A DNA stretch of 64,000 nucleotides from an uncultured delta proteobacterium (GCA_963778575.1 CAVZUV010000008.1:86746-150745), one strand, 5' to 3'. Numbered from the stretch's first letter, positions 26,437 through 36,671 are shown. Made by a program: numbers and translations. Notes: generated by a model from the letters alone, not told the origin.

Positions 26437-26536
26437 CGACAAGGGAGCAAACGTCTATTCACAGTGAAACTGTGCAAACAACTGTTCCAACCCGCCATTA
26501 TTCCATTGATCATTTTTTCCATTTCAATCAGTTTTT

Positions 26537-26562
26537 TTTACATTCTGAAAAAAATATCGACA
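26537..26562 (+). promoter_or_regulatory. 26-nt upstream element, copy 5 (variant)
   Basis: TTTACATTCTGAAAAAAATATCGACA. It lies 100 nt upstream of the TGGCAT at 26637, which is 22 nt shorter than at the other promoters. Confidence 0.6.
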
Positions 26563-26636
26563 CTGAACTGACTCCATCGGAAAGAGACATATAAAATAAC
26601 CCCTTGTAAAAGCGTATATTATCGAATTTGGCGCTA

Positions 26637-26651
26637 TGGCATGTTTTTTGC
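26637..26651 (+). promoter_or_regulatory. sigma-54 (-24/-12) promoter
   Basis: TGGCAT-GTTTT-TTGC, 70 nt upstream of the ATG at 26721. Confidence 0.7.
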
Positions 26652-26720
26652 GGAAGCTAAAAGGAAAACTTCGAGCATGTTCTTTTTAAATCCCTCATTC
26701 GAGCAGACGGGGAATTAAAT

Positions 26721-27095
26721 ATGCCCAAAATTCTAATCGTCGACGACAAAAAGGTGATTCTCAAGGCGCTATATCATGAGCTGAATATTGAGAACTTTCA
26801 AGTCGTAACTTTAAACACCATCGGATTGATCTGGGAATATATAAGCGATACGCGACCGGATTTAGTGCTTTTAGGACTTCATTCGGAAAGTTTTGACAGT
26901 TGGCAAATTTTAAATGATATTAAAAAGAGAATTCCGGATCTGCCGGTACTCATTTATATCATCGAGAGCCACCGTTCAATGAACAGCCTCAAACAGGCCA
27001 TCAGTGAAGTCCTTAAGAATGGCAGTATTTCATCGGCATTTATGTTCCATGCGTTAAGAAAACCGGAATCCGAGAAATCCGAGAAGATTGAATAA
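26721..27095 (+). CDS. receiver-like protein lacking the phospho-acceptor Asp (pseudo-receiver)
   Basis: KILIVDDKK ... PDLVLLGLHSES. A Gly sits where receivers carry the phosphorylated Asp (compare DLVLLDL). Confidence 0.65.
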   Translation: MPKILIVDDKKVILKALYHELNIENFQVVTLNTIGLIWEYISDTRPDLVLLGLHSESFDSWQILNDIKKRIPDLPVLIYIIESHRSMNSLKQAISEVLKNGSISSAFMFHALRKPESEKSEKIE

Positions 27096-27125
27096 CTTTT
27101 AAACAATAAGGCGAGGTTGCTTTCA

Positions 27126-28634
27126 ATGACTGTTACGTCGTATCCCATTTTAACACCGGATGAGGCCGCATCGTACATAAAGGACGGTGATACGGTTTCA
27201 TTTAGCGGGTTCAGCCCCGCCGGTGCGGCAAAAATCGTACCCAGAGCGATCGCCGCTCGTGCTCGGGATGAACACGAAAAAGGAAATCGTTTCAAAATGA
27301 GGGTGCTCACCGGCGCTTCCAGCGGACGTATCATCGATGATGAACTGGCTCAGGCGGAAGCGGTTTCATGGCGTGCTCCGTACCAGTCGGGTTCTGTTTT
27401 ACGCAAACAGATCAATCGCCAGGAGGTTGAATATGTGGACATGCACCTTTCCCATGTCCCGCAGGCCGTGGCCGAAGGTTTTTTCGGCCGGATCGACGTT
27501 GCGGTCGTGGAAGCCACAGAGATCACATCAGACGGAAGAGTATTTCTGACAACATCCATCGGCGCTTCTCCAACGTATCTTCGATACGCAGAAAAGGTCA
27601 TCATTGAAATCAACAGACATCAATCTCCGCGGCTCCGCGAGATGGCGGACATCGTGGTAATGCCCCCGCCGCCCAAGCGATATCCCATACCTATCTACGA
27701 ACCCCTGACGCGTATCGGTTTTCCCTATGCAGTGACTGATCCCAAAAAGGTCATCGGCCTTGTGGAAAGCGACGAGCCCGACCAGGTGATTGAATTAGCG
27801 GCACCGGATGGCAGCAGCCGCCAAATCGCCGAACATGTGGTCCGCTTTTTCTTGGAAGAGATACATAGAGGCCGGCTTCCCAAAGCATTATTGCCGATCC
27901 AGGCAGGTGTCGGCAACGTTGCCAACGGCGTGTTGGCTGCCTTGGGGAACCATCCGGATATTCCCCCTTTTAGCATGTATTCGGAAGTTTTTCAGGATGC
28001 CATGGTGGATCTCATGGCCCAGGAGAAGCTTCTGGGCGCCAGCGCTACGAGCTTGACCATCTCATCTCATAAATTAAAACAACTTGTGGCGGAGATAGAT
28101 TTTTTTGCTTGTCGCATTGTACTGCGGCCCCAGGAAATTTCTAACCACCCGGGCGTCATTCGAAGGCTGGGGATCATCGCTTTGAATACGGCGATCGAGA
28201 TGGATATTTACGGGAATGTGAATTCTTCGCACCTATACGGCATGGATATCATGAACGGCATCGGCGGCAGCGGCGAGTTTACGAGAAACAGCTATTTGTC
28301 AGTTTTCATGACACCCTCAATCGCCAAAGGCGGCAGGATATCTTCCATAGTACCCATGTGCCCGCATGTGGACAATAACGAGCACTCTGTTCAAATCGTC
28401 GTTACCGAACAGGGATTGGCGGATCTCAGAGGACTAGGGCCCATGCAAAGAGCAGAACTCATCATCGAAAAATGTGCTCATCCTGCGTACAGGGACTACC
28501 TTTATCGATACATACAAGATGCCAGGCTCGGGCACATTCGGCATGATCTGATACGATGCTTTGAACTGCATCGAAATTTGTTGGAACACGGCGCCATGCT
28601 TCCGGATTTAGCATATGAAGACATTTCTAATTAA
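27126..28634 (+). CDS. acetyl-CoA hydrolase/transferase family protein (succinyl-CoA:acetate CoA-transferase-like)
   Basis: About 500 aa. TVSFSGFSPAGAAK, IQAGVGNVANGV and EMDIYGNVNSSH..NGIGGSGEF are typical of the Cat1/AarC family. Confidence 0.8.
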   Translation: MTVTSYPILTPDEAASYIKDGDTVSFSGFSPAGAAKIVPRAIAARARDEHEKGNRFKMRVLTGASSGRIIDDELAQAEAVSWRAPYQSGSVLRKQINRQEVEYVDMHLSHVPQAVAEGFFGRIDVAVVEATEITSDGRVFLTTSIGASPTYLRYAEKVIIEINRHQSPRLREMADIVVMPPPPKRYPIPIYEPLTRIGFPYAVTDPKKVIGLVESDEPDQVIELAAPDGSSRQIAEHVVRFFLEEIHRGRLPKALLPIQAGVGNVANGVLAALGNHPDIPPFSMYSEVFQDAMVDLMAQEKLLGASATSLTISSHKLKQLVAEIDFFACRIVLRPQEISNHPGVIRRLGIIALNTAIEMDIYGNVNSSHLYGMDIMNGIGGSGEFTRNSYLSVFMTPSIAKGGRISSIVPMCPHVDNNEHSVQIVVTEQGLADLRGLGPMQRAELIIEKCAHPAYRDYLYRYIQDARLGHIRHDLIRCFELHRNLLEHGAMLPDLAYEDISN

Positions 28635-29034
28635 ATATCCCGACAAGATTCTTTCGATGGTGTTATGGGTGGTTGCCGTCCATTCCATTTTGATGGGACT
28701 GGCACTGATTTCGCAACCCACTATCCTAATGGAATGGTCAGGCTTCAACGCCGGGTATGAACGATTTTTTCCTGCCCAGGGCGGTGTTTTTCATTTACTC
28801 ATGGCTGTCGCATACTCACTGGGGGCCGTAAATCCTGAAAAGTATCAATTTTTGATTGTCTTTGCAGTGATTGTAAAGGCCGTGGCAACAGTGTTTTTGC
28901 TGATATACTGTTTTGCCGTTGAATTCAACTGGGTCATTTTGGTTTCCGGAATCAGTGACGGTGTAATGGGCATGGCGATTTTTATCGCTTTTCGTCGCTA
29001 TATTTATTTTCAAACAATAAACGGCAGAGTATGA
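28615..29034 (+). CDS. hypothetical 4-TM membrane protein
   Basis: 139 aa and hydrophobic. It overlaps the upstream gene by 20 nt and the downstream gene by 4 nt, consistent with an operon. Confidence 0.55.
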   Translation: MKTFLIKYPDKILSMVLWVVAVHSILMGLALISQPTILMEWSGFNAGYERFFPAQGGVFHLLMAVAYSLGAVNPEKYQFLIVFAVIVKAVATVFLLIYCFAVEFNWVILVSGISDGVMGMAIFIAFRRYIYFQTINGRV

Positions 29035-30728
29035 ATAACGCAGAGAACAAATTGCCTGGAATTCTGGTTACCGGGGCCTCAGGGTTCATCGGCAGACATT
29101 TTGTCATGGCCGTATCCGAAAAATTTCGCCTGTTCTGCATTGCACGCCGCAGTCAAAGAGAAGTCGGTATTCCCTTCTGTAATACCATACACTGGCTGCA
29201 GGCCGATATAACCAAGTGGAAAGAGTTGCTCAATATTTATGAATATATTAAAAGTCACGGCAACGTGGATTATGTTTTGCATTTGGCGGGATATTACGAT
29301 TTCACGCAACAGGAAAATCCGGTATATGAGCAGGTGAATGTCATTGCCACGCGCTATCTTCTTGAGTTGTCAAACATGCTGAAAGTGAAACGTTTTATTT
29401 TTTCCAGTTCAGTGGCTGCGTGCAATTTCCCGCCCAAAGGCAAAGCCATAACCGAAGAAAGTCCTGCCGACGGCGATTTTCCTTATGCTTGCAGCAAGCG
29501 GCGAGCGGAATTGCTCATCAAAGAGTATTCGGAATCCTTTCCGTGTTCCATCGTCCGTCTGGCCGCCGTATACAGCGACTGGTGCGAATATCCCATGTTA
29601 TATATGCTGTTAAAGCACTGGCTATCCAAAAACAAGATTATGTCGAGAGTTGTGGCCGGTCATGGCGAATCAGCCATACCCTATATCCATATCCGAGATC
29701 TTACTAAACTGTTTCTCAGAATTATCGACATCAGCGACACCCTTCCTCAACTGGGCCTTTATATTGCCGGTCCTACCGGGAGTGTTTCGCATAATGAGCT
29801 TTTTAAAACCGCCACGCGTTACTATTACGGACATGATGTGAAGTCGTTTAAAATTCCCAAATTTTTCGCGAGGATGGGATTTTATGTTCTTTCTTTTTCA
29901 GGATGGTTGATTGGAAAGGAAATGCTCGAAAAGCCGTGGATGGTCGAATACATTGATAAAAACCTGACCATTGATGCCTCGGCAACCTACACGGCTTTAG
30001 GCTGGAAGCCGATCCCCCGGTATCATATATTGCGGCGTCTTCTCTATTTAACCGAAAAAATGACCAGCCAGCCTAAAGAATGGATATATCGCAACGAAAT
30101 CCTTTTATATCGACCTGCTTACAGAAGAAGCACTCGAATCTATGATATTTTGATCCAATTGCGCGAACCCATCATTCAAAAAATTATTCAAGAAGCAAAA
30201 AAACCGGCCAATGCACGTCAATTCCCCAATTACCTGAAATTGGATCGCGAACTGATGAAGTGGCACATTACGCTGAATTATCAAATAATCGCCGCAACGG
30301 TAAGAAATAGAGAGCGGTCCATTATACCAGCGTTCGCTAAAGAGGTTGCCCGTAGACGGCATGCCGAGGGTTTCCCGGTAAAGGAAGTCAAAGCATTGAT
30401 GGTATTGATCGGGAAAACCATGGAGGCATTTCTGCTTAAACGGCCGGAATTAAAGGATTCGAAACAACGGGTGGATGACTATATTGTTTTGACGTCGCAG
30501 TTTGCCGCAGACGAATTTGAAGATGCATATGAGATTCTTGAATCGCAACCCACGGACCAAGCAGATGCCATAAAACCGATAGAATTACTGACAAGCTTTG
30601 AAAATATGAAGCTGATTGTCGCGCAACTTGAAGATATCGGTGCGGATCTGTTTTCATTTCATCCAAAAGGAGAAGTCATGTTCAAAAAATACGGTGCTTT
30701 GATAAAATTAAACGATCCAAATAAATGA
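29031..30728 (+). CDS. NAD-dependent epimerase/dehydratase (SDR) fused to ~230-aa C-terminal helical domain of unknown function
   Basis: ILVTGASGFIGRH Rossmann motif and YACSKRRAE (YxxxK). The C-terminal half is not recognisable. Confidence 0.7.
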   Translation: MNNAENKLPGILVTGASGFIGRHFVMAVSEKFRLFCIARRSQREVGIPFCNTIHWLQADITKWKELLNIYEYIKSHGNVDYVLHLAGYYDFTQQENPVYEQVNVIATRYLLELSNMLKVKRFIFSSSVAACNFPPKGKAITEESPADGDFPYACSKRRAELLIKEYSESFPCSIVRLAAVYSDWCEYPMLYMLLKHWLSKNKIMSRVVAGHGESAIPYIHIRDLTKLFLRIIDISDTLPQLGLYIAGPTGSVSHNELFKTATRYYYGHDVKSFKIPKFFARMGFYVLSFSGWLIGKEMLEKPWMVEYIDKNLTIDASATYTALGWKPIPRYHILRRLLYLTEKMTSQPKEWIYRNEILLYRPAYRRSTRIYDILIQLREPIIQKIIQEAKKPANARQFPNYLKLDRELMKWHITLNYQIIAATVRNRERSIIPAFAKEVARRRHAEGFPVKEVKALMVLIGKTMEAFLLKRPELKDSKQRVDDYIVLTSQFAADEFEDAYEILESQPTDQADAIKPIELLTSFENMKLIVAQLEDIGADLFSFHPKGEVMFKKYGALIKLNDPNK

Positions 30729-30759
30729 TGGGTCCGGGTGTTTTTCGAACCGGCGCTCC

Positions 30760-30959
30760 ATGGATAATCTTTTTTTTAAACCGCATGAACTCGCGGCAAG
30801 GGATCGTAAAGAAAGAACAGGAAACTATCTTTAAGATATCAATAGGTTTAATTCATTATTTTAAATTCTTTTAAAGATAAAATTTCGCAATGCGCCTGTT
30901 CTTTCTAACGATCCCTAAGCCACTCAAACAGCATCCGCTTTAAAAAAAAGATTATCCAT
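30760..30959. mobile_element. 200-bp MITE-like inverted-repeat element
   Basis: Perfect 21-bp terminal inverted repeats ATGGATAATCTTTTTTTTAAA / TTTAAAAAAAAGATTATCCAT. An inner 22-23 bp inverted repeat AGGGATCGTAAAGAAAGAACAGG / CCTGTTCTTTCTAACGATCCCT. AT-rich centre. A half copy lies at 60414..60455. Confidence 0.55.
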
Positions 30960-31035
30960 TCCGCTCTTTTTAAAGATGTAGAAGAAAAACTCCCCGAGGG
31001 CTCAAATAAATAAAAGCTGCGGTTGCCATTTCCTT

Positions 31036-31061
31036 TTTACACCTTGTAAAAAAAATCGACA
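31036..31061 (+). promoter_or_regulatory. 26-nt upstream element, copy 3
   Basis: TTTACACCTTGTAAAAAAAATCGACA, 122 nt upstream of the TGGCAT at 31158. Confidence 0.7.
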
Positions 31062-31118
31062 TCTATTTTCTTCATGATGTTTTCAAATATTGCCCTCCTG
31101 TCTTAAAAACACTTTTTA

Positions 31119-31131
31119 TTTCAATTAATTG
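31119..31131 (+). promoter_or_regulatory. IHF-like site at -39
   Basis: TTTCAATTAATTG, one mismatch to WATCAANNNNTTR. Confidence 0.35.
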
Positions 31132-31157
31132 ATGAAGTTTCAGACAACGATTTCATC

Positions 31158-31172
31158 TGGCATAGCGATTGC
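31158..31172 (+). promoter_or_regulatory. sigma-54 (-24/-12) promoter
   Basis: TGGCAT-AGCGA-TTGC, 53 nt upstream of the ATG at 31225. Confidence 0.75.
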
Positions 31173-31224
31173 TTCATGATATGGCAGTTTATTCTTTTCG
31201 TTTAAAAGGACAAGTTTTTGAGCC

Positions 31225-33705
31225 ATGAGTGCGATTCATCTGGATAAAATTTTTCACCCAAAGTCCATTGCCGTGATCGGTGATGATTCACCGGGAGGAC
31301 GGATTTTTACTACCCTGGTGCATAACCTGATTGAAGGCGAATATTCCGGAGGCATCTATCCGATTCATCATCGCCACAAAAAAATTTGGAAACAACCTGT
31401 TTATCCATGTCTTTCAGCGCTGAGTTGCGAAGTGGATCTGGCCGTCCTTGTGGGATCCGTGAATTCAGTACCTCGTGTTATCCAAGAGTGCATCGATGCA
31501 AAGGTGAAAGGCGTGGTCATGATTTCGGCCGGGGGTAAAGAGACCGGGAACAAAAACCAAGAGATGGTGGTATCCGCCGTCAATGCGGCGAAACGTCAAG
31601 GGCTTCGCGTAATCGGGCCGGATTGTCTCGGGATAATTTGCTCCGGTTCCAAGCTCAATCTCAGTTTTTCGAGTCATACCCCGCCTCCCGGAAAAATGGC
31701 ATTTGTCTCCCAGAGCGGCGCAATTTGCGTCTCGGTTCTCGATCTTTGCCTCAGAGAACATGTCGGCTTCAGCTATTTTGTGAGCCTTGGAGCCATGATG
31801 GATGTGGATTTCGGGGATATTATCGATTATCTCGGAGGAGATCATCACGCCGGCAGTATTGTCATATTTGTCGAAAGCATTCCGCGGATTCGAAATTTCA
31901 TGAGTGCAGCCCGGTCGGTATCTCGAATCAAACCGATCATCGCGCTTAAAGCCGGTCGAACCGCGGCGGGGGCGTTGGCGATTGCGTCTCATACCGGCAG
32001 GCTCGGCGGGGAAGATGCCGTATATGATGCGGCTTTCGAACGAGCCGGAATCGTTCGGGTTAAAACCTTTGAAGAACTTCTTGACTGCGTGGGGCTCTTG
32101 GCCAAGCAGCCGCGGCCTTTGAAGCCCGGATTGGCCATCGTCACCAATGCCGGCAGTCCGGGAGTTATGGCTGTTGATGCGCTTGCCGACCATGGTGTGG
32201 ATCCGGCGATTTTAGCTTCTGAAACCATTTCCAAATTAGATGAGTTTCTCCCTCCGGGCTGGAGCCGTACAAACCCGGTGGATATTCTGGGAGATGCTAC
32301 TCCAGAGCGGTATGAGAAAGCCGTGGACATCTGTCTAAAAGATCCCGCAGTGAACGGGCTTTTGATCATCCTCGCTCCCCAGGCTTTAACACGGCCGACC
32401 CAAGTGGCCGAATCTTTGGCCGGTGTTATAAAAAGGACCTCTTTTCCGATATTCGTTTCATGGATGGGTGGGAAACAAATGGAGATTGGTCGGGATATTT
32501 TTAATCGTAAGGGAATACCGACATTTGAGACACCGGAACGAGCGGTAAGGGCGTTTATGGATCTTTATCGTTACTCAAAAAACCTCGAAGTGCTTTTGGA
32601 GACGCCGCCAAAATTTGACCGAAAGATTGAATTTGATTTTAAAAGCGCGCAAATTCAGATCCAAAAAAAACTCTCACAAAAAGCGTTGTGTCTGATCTCA
32701 ACAGAAGCAAATGATTTGCTGAACGCCTACGGCATCCCTGTTTATCCGGCGAAAACATCACTCTCCGGCCAAGAGATTCAACAAAAAACACTGCAGTACG
32801 AACTGGCGATGGGTTCGAAAAAGGATCTGGATTTCGGACCGGTCATTTTTTTCGGTTTGGGGGGTGTTTTGGCTGAAGTGCTGAAAGATCGATCCGTTGC
32901 GCTGCCTCCGTTGAATCGTCTGTTGGCCAGAAAGCTCATGAAAAAAACAAAAATATATACGCTGCTGAACGGTTTCAAAAATTATCCCCCATGCAATCTG
33001 ACCCTGCTCGAAGAAATTTTAATTCGACTGGCTCAGATGGTAACGGATTTTCCCGAGATCGACGAAATCGACATCGATCCTCTGATCGTCACTGAAAACG
33101 ATATCTGTGTGAAAAATGCCCGGATCGTTTTAGGATCGTCCATGATAAAGACGCACGATCACCTGGTCATAAGCCCTTATCCCAACCAGTATGAAACGCG
33201 AATCAACCGTGAAGGTGTCGGGGAGCTGTTCATCCGGCCCATTCGGCCCGAGGATGCTCCGCTGCTGGTGCAGCTTTTTGAATCTCTTTCACAACAGAGC
33301 ATTTATTTTCGGTTTTTCAGTTCGTTAAAAAGGCTCCCTTCCCATATGCTCGCCCGGTTCACGCAGATTGACTACGACAGGGAAATTGCACTGGTTGCGC
33401 TTTTAGGAACCGAACCCAAGGAGAAAATGCTGGGCGTTGCCCGTGTGATTACCAATATTTACAATCGAAAAAACGCGGAATTCGCCGTCGTCGTAAGTGA
33501 TTCGTGGCACGGGAAAGGCATCGGCGCAGAACTTCTCAAACGGTGTCTTTTGATTTCAAAAGAACGCGGGATCGAAAACGTATGGGGACTCGTTTTGCCT
33601 GAAAATACCCAAATGCTGGCTTTGGGGAAAAAGCTGGGTTTTACGGCAAAAAAGATGGTTGGGGAAAGCGATTATGAATTGAATATAGATTTGACAAAGC
33701 TTTAA
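31225..33705 (+). CDS. Pat-like bifunctional protein: ADP-forming acyl-CoA synthetase-like region fused to C-terminal GNAT acetyltransferase
   Basis: 826 aa. N-terminal CoA-binding region (FHPKSIAVIG), a succinyl-CoA-synthetase-like region and an ATP-grasp region. C-terminal GNAT (FAVVVSDSWHGKGIGAELLKRCL). Confidence 0.8.
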   Translation: MSAIHLDKIFHPKSIAVIGDDSPGGRIFTTLVHNLIEGEYSGGIYPIHHRHKKIWKQPVYPCLSALSCEVDLAVLVGSVNSVPRVIQECIDAKVKGVVMISAGGKETGNKNQEMVVSAVNAAKRQGLRVIGPDCLGIICSGSKLNLSFSSHTPPPGKMAFVSQSGAICVSVLDLCLREHVGFSYFVSLGAMMDVDFGDIIDYLGGDHHAGSIVIFVESIPRIRNFMSAARSVSRIKPIIALKAGRTAAGALAIASHTGRLGGEDAVYDAAFERAGIVRVKTFEELLDCVGLLAKQPRPLKPGLAIVTNAGSPGVMAVDALADHGVDPAILASETISKLDEFLPPGWSRTNPVDILGDATPERYEKAVDICLKDPAVNGLLIILAPQALTRPTQVAESLAGVIKRTSFPIFVSWMGGKQMEIGRDIFNRKGIPTFETPERAVRAFMDLYRYSKNLEVLLETPPKFDRKIEFDFKSAQIQIQKKLSQKALCLISTEANDLLNAYGIPVYPAKTSLSGQEIQQKTLQYELAMGSKKDLDFGPVIFFGLGGVLAEVLKDRSVALPPLNRLLARKLMKKTKIYTLLNGFKNYPPCNLTLLEEILIRLAQMVTDFPEIDEIDIDPLIVTENDICVKNARIVLGSSMIKTHDHLVISPYPNQYETRINREGVGELFIRPIRPEDAPLLVQLFESLSQQSIYFRFFSSLKRLPSHMLARFTQIDYDREIALVALLGTEPKEKMLGVARVITNIYNRKNAEFAVVVSDSWHGKGIGAELLKRCLLISKERGIENVWGLVLPENTQMLALGKKLGFTAKKMVGESDYELNIDLTKL

Positions 33706-33789
33706 CACAAATCGAGGCTTAAAAACCGAATACGTGTTCACAGGGGTGTGCATCCCCTGTACACATACAAAACATAAAGGAGGGGTATC

Positions 33790-34467
33790 ATGTTGGTCAA
33801 AAATTGGATGAGCAAACCGGCTGTTACCATTGATGTGAACGAGTCCATGAATGATGCAATTAAGCTGCTTAAAAAACACAACATCAAAATGCTGCCAGTG
33901 ATGGAAAAAGGCAAACTCATTGGGATTATAACCGATCGGGATATCAAAAGGGCGTCTGCTTCCGATGCCACGACCCTGGAAATTCATGAACTGCTATATT
34001 TAATTTCAAAAATCAAAATTAAGGAGATCATGACCAAAAATCCCGTTACGGTTCCTCCCGACTATACCATTGAAGAAACGGCGGAAGTTCTTTTAAAGCA
34101 TAACATTTCGGGAGTGCCGGTGGTGGATCATTACGGGATGGTGGTGGGTGTGGTGACTCAGAATGACATTTTCAAAACCATTATTTCACTGACCGGTGCG
34201 GAAAAAAGAGGCATTCAATTCGGCATGGAGGTGGAGGATCGGCCGGGCGCCATAAAGGAAGTGACGGATATCATTCGGGGATACGGTGGACGCACGGCGA
34301 GCATCCTGACGTCCTACGACATGGTTCCGGAAGGATTTCGCCGGGTGTATATTCGCATGTATGGCATCGATCGGTTCAAAATCAATAGACTCAAGGAAGC
34401 GCTGAGAGCGAAAGCACGACTTTTATATATGGTGGACCGCCGTGAAGTCACCAGAGAAACTTTTTAG
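33790..34467 (+). CDS. CBS-pair plus ACT-like domain protein (AcuB-like)
   Basis: Two CBS motifs (MLPVMEKGKLIGIITDRDI and GVPVVDHYGMVVGVVTQNDI) followed by an ~80-aa ACT-like C-terminus. Confidence 0.75.
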   Translation: MLVKNWMSKPAVTIDVNESMNDAIKLLKKHNIKMLPVMEKGKLIGIITDRDIKRASASDATTLEIHELLYLISKIKIKEIMTKNPVTVPPDYTIEETAEVLLKHNISGVPVVDHYGMVVGVVTQNDIFKTIISLTGAEKRGIQFGMEVEDRPGAIKEVTDIIRGYGGRTASILTSYDMVPEGFRRVYIRMYGIDRFKINRLKEALRAKARLLYMVDRREVTRETF

Positions 34468-34484
34468 TTTATTCATAAGGGCTG

Positions 34485-34886
34485 ATGCAAAAAGCATTCA
34501 ATTTGCTGATTGTTGATCGCAATCCGCATATCAGAAATTTTTTGAAGCGAGAATTTCAATCCGAAGGGTACACTGTTCAACTCGCGAGAAACAGCAGGGA
34601 ATTGGTGGATATGATTTACAGTTCCGCATCCATCGATCTTGTTATTATTGATCCAAATATCCCTGATGTCAGTCAGCTGAATCTGTTCAAGAGCCTTGAA
34701 GATCGAGTTCCTCCGTTGCCCTTTGTGATTCACAGTGATCTAATTGATTATCTCGAATCCACTTCACATATCAGTAAAGCAGCCTTTGTTCCAAAACAAG
34801 GGAGCAGCAGCGAAACCTTGAAAGATGTGGTCTGGAACCTTTTGAAGGAATCAAGCCTGAAAAAGTTCAAGACGCCCGATGGTTAA
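34485..34886 (+). CDS. single-domain response regulator (divergent acidic pocket)
   Basis: LLIVDRNPH ... IDLVIIDPNIPD. Receiver fold with DR in place of the usual DD/DE pair. Confidence 0.7.
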   Translation: MQKAFNLLIVDRNPHIRNFLKREFQSEGYTVQLARNSRELVDMIYSSASIDLVIIDPNIPDVSQLNLFKSLEDRVPPLPFVIHSDLIDYLESTSHISKAAFVPKQGSSSETLKDVVWNLLKESSLKKFKTPDG

Positions 34887-34948
34887 GAAAAAGCACGTGC
34901 TCAGACCGCTTACTTTCCGAGCACGTTCGAAATAAAATCAGAGGCTTT

Positions 34949-36658
34949 TTGGAGATGAAGCAGAACGGATATCAAAAAAGCGACTATTACCGATCCTTAA
35001 CCCGGAAAATGATCCTGACCATCATCATTGTTTCAATTACTCCATTGATCCTGGTGGGAAGCATCATCCTCTATCGGTTCCACGGATCCTATCATGAAAA
35101 AGTGGAAGCTCATCTTCAAGAATTGGTGCTCAAGCATAAACAAACCATCGACAATTTTTTAAAGGAAAAGCTGGGAGATATCCGATTTCTGTCGGAAACC
35201 TTTAGTTTTGATGAGCTCAAAGACGCTTTTTTTCTACAAGACAGGCTGGATTCGCTGCAACAATCTTTCGGCCCTGTTTTTGTAGACATGGGTGTTGTCA
35301 ATTCGCGAGGACTCCAGGTGGCGTATGCCGGGCCTTTCAGACTCGGGGAAGCATTATATTACGAAGCCGACTGGTTTAAAAAGGCCATGAAAACACGGTA
35401 TTTTATCAGCGATGTGTTTTTGGGTCTTCGCGGACTCCCTCATTTTATTGTTGCAGTAAAAAACAACTGGAAGGACGAACCGTGGATCTTGCGGGCGACC
35501 ATTGATTTCGTGGCGTTTAACGATTTTGTAAAAAACATCCGTATCGGTGAAACCGGCTTTGCCTATATCCTTAACAGAGAAGGAAAATTTCAAACCAAAC
35601 CCTTTTTCAATGTTGCTCCCAAGAATGAACCCTATCGAGACTTTCTGAAGATCAAGGAAGATGATCCGCAAAAAGTCCATATCATAGAAAAAAAGGACGA
35701 CTTTGGTAAAAAAATGATCTACGTCACGTCCTTTTTAAAAGATGGGGATTGGCTGTTGGTTTATCAACAGAATCATCGTGATGCCTATTTAGATTTCTAC
35801 AAGGCGATTGTCGTCGCCGTCATGATTATGGCGTTCGGCGCTTTCGGAATTGTTTTTGCCGCGCTTATCCTTTCCAAGAGAATGGTCCGTCGTATTTCCG
35901 TGGCAGACAAAGAAAAGGAAATGATGGACAAACAGATCATAGAAACCGGTAAACTGGCATCCATCGGCGAACTGGCCGCAGGTATCGCCCATGAAATCAA
36001 CAACCCCGTGGCCATTATGGTGGAAGAGGCCGGCTGGATGAAAGATTTGCTGGAAGAAGAAGAATTCCGTAAAAGCGAGAACCTAAATGAATTTGAAAGG
36101 GCGTTGAATCAGATTAAAACCCAAGGGCGGCGGTGCAAGGAAATTACGCATAAGCTGCTGAGCTTTGCAAGAAAAACCGATTTCAGGGTTCAAAAAACCG
36201 ATATCAACGCGTTGATTGCGGAATTAGTCGCGCTTTCGGAACAAAGAGCAAAATACGCTAAAATAACGATTCATACGGATTTTCAAAATGATCTTCCCGC
36301 TATGGTTCTGGCTCAATCGGAAATGCAGCAGGTTCTTTTGAATCTGATCAACAACGCCATCGATGCCATGGAAAACCAGGGGGGTGAATTGAGAATATCC
36401 ACCCGGTTTGAATGTGAAGAAGGGATTATTGTTATTGAAGTTTCGGACAACGGGCCCGGAATTCCGGAAGCCAACCTTTCCAGGATATTCGAGCCGTTTT
36501 TCACCACAAAAGCGGTGGGAAAAGGAACCGGTCTCGGATTGTCCATTTGTTACGGCATCATTCAAAAAATGGGGGGCCGAATAGAGGTGAAAAGCCTCAT
36601 CGATTCGGGGACCACGTTTTACATTCGTCTGCCGGTGCAAGGCGCGCCTGAAGGCTGA
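34949..36658 (+). CDS. sensor histidine kinase with extracytoplasmic Cache-like domain
   Basis: Two TM segments flank a ~260-aa sensor region. H-box [27 protein letters not shown] and [18 protein letters not shown]. Confidence 0.9.
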   Translation: MEMKQNGYQKSDYYRSLTRKMILTIIIVSITPLILVGSIILYRFHGSYHEKVEAHLQELVLKHKQTIDNFLKEKLGDIRFLSETFSFDELKDAFFLQDRLDSLQQSFGPVFVDMGVVNSRGLQVAYAGPFRLGEALYYEADWFKKAMKTRYFISDVFLGLRGLPHFIVAVKNNWKDEPWILRATIDFVAFNDFVKNIRIGETGFAYILNREGKFQTKPFFNVAPKNEPYRDFLKIKEDDPQKVHIIEKKDDFGKKMIYVTSFLKDGDWLLVYQQNHRDAYLDFYKAIVVAVMIMAFGAFGIVFAALILSKRMVRRISVADKEKEMMDKQIIETGKLASIGELAAGIAHEINNPVAIMVEEAGWMKDLLEEEEFRKSENLNEFERALNQIKTQGRRCKEITHKLLSFARKTDFRVQKTDINALIAELVALSEQRAKYAKITIHTDFQNDLPAMVLAQSEMQQVLLNLINNAIDAMENQGGELRISTRFECEEGIIVIEVSDNGPGIPEANLSRIFEPFFTTKAVGKGTGLGLSICYGIIQKMGGRIEVKSLIDSGTTFYIRLPVQGAPEG

Positions 36659-36671
36659 GAGGTTACCATTC

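Noticed and set aside
33722-33760. Hairpin ACAGGGG-TGTGCAT-CCCCTGT after the Pat-like gene as a terminator
   Set aside because: No T-tract follows, and the next gene starts 30 nt later in an apparent operon. At most it is an RNA-processing or attenuating structure.
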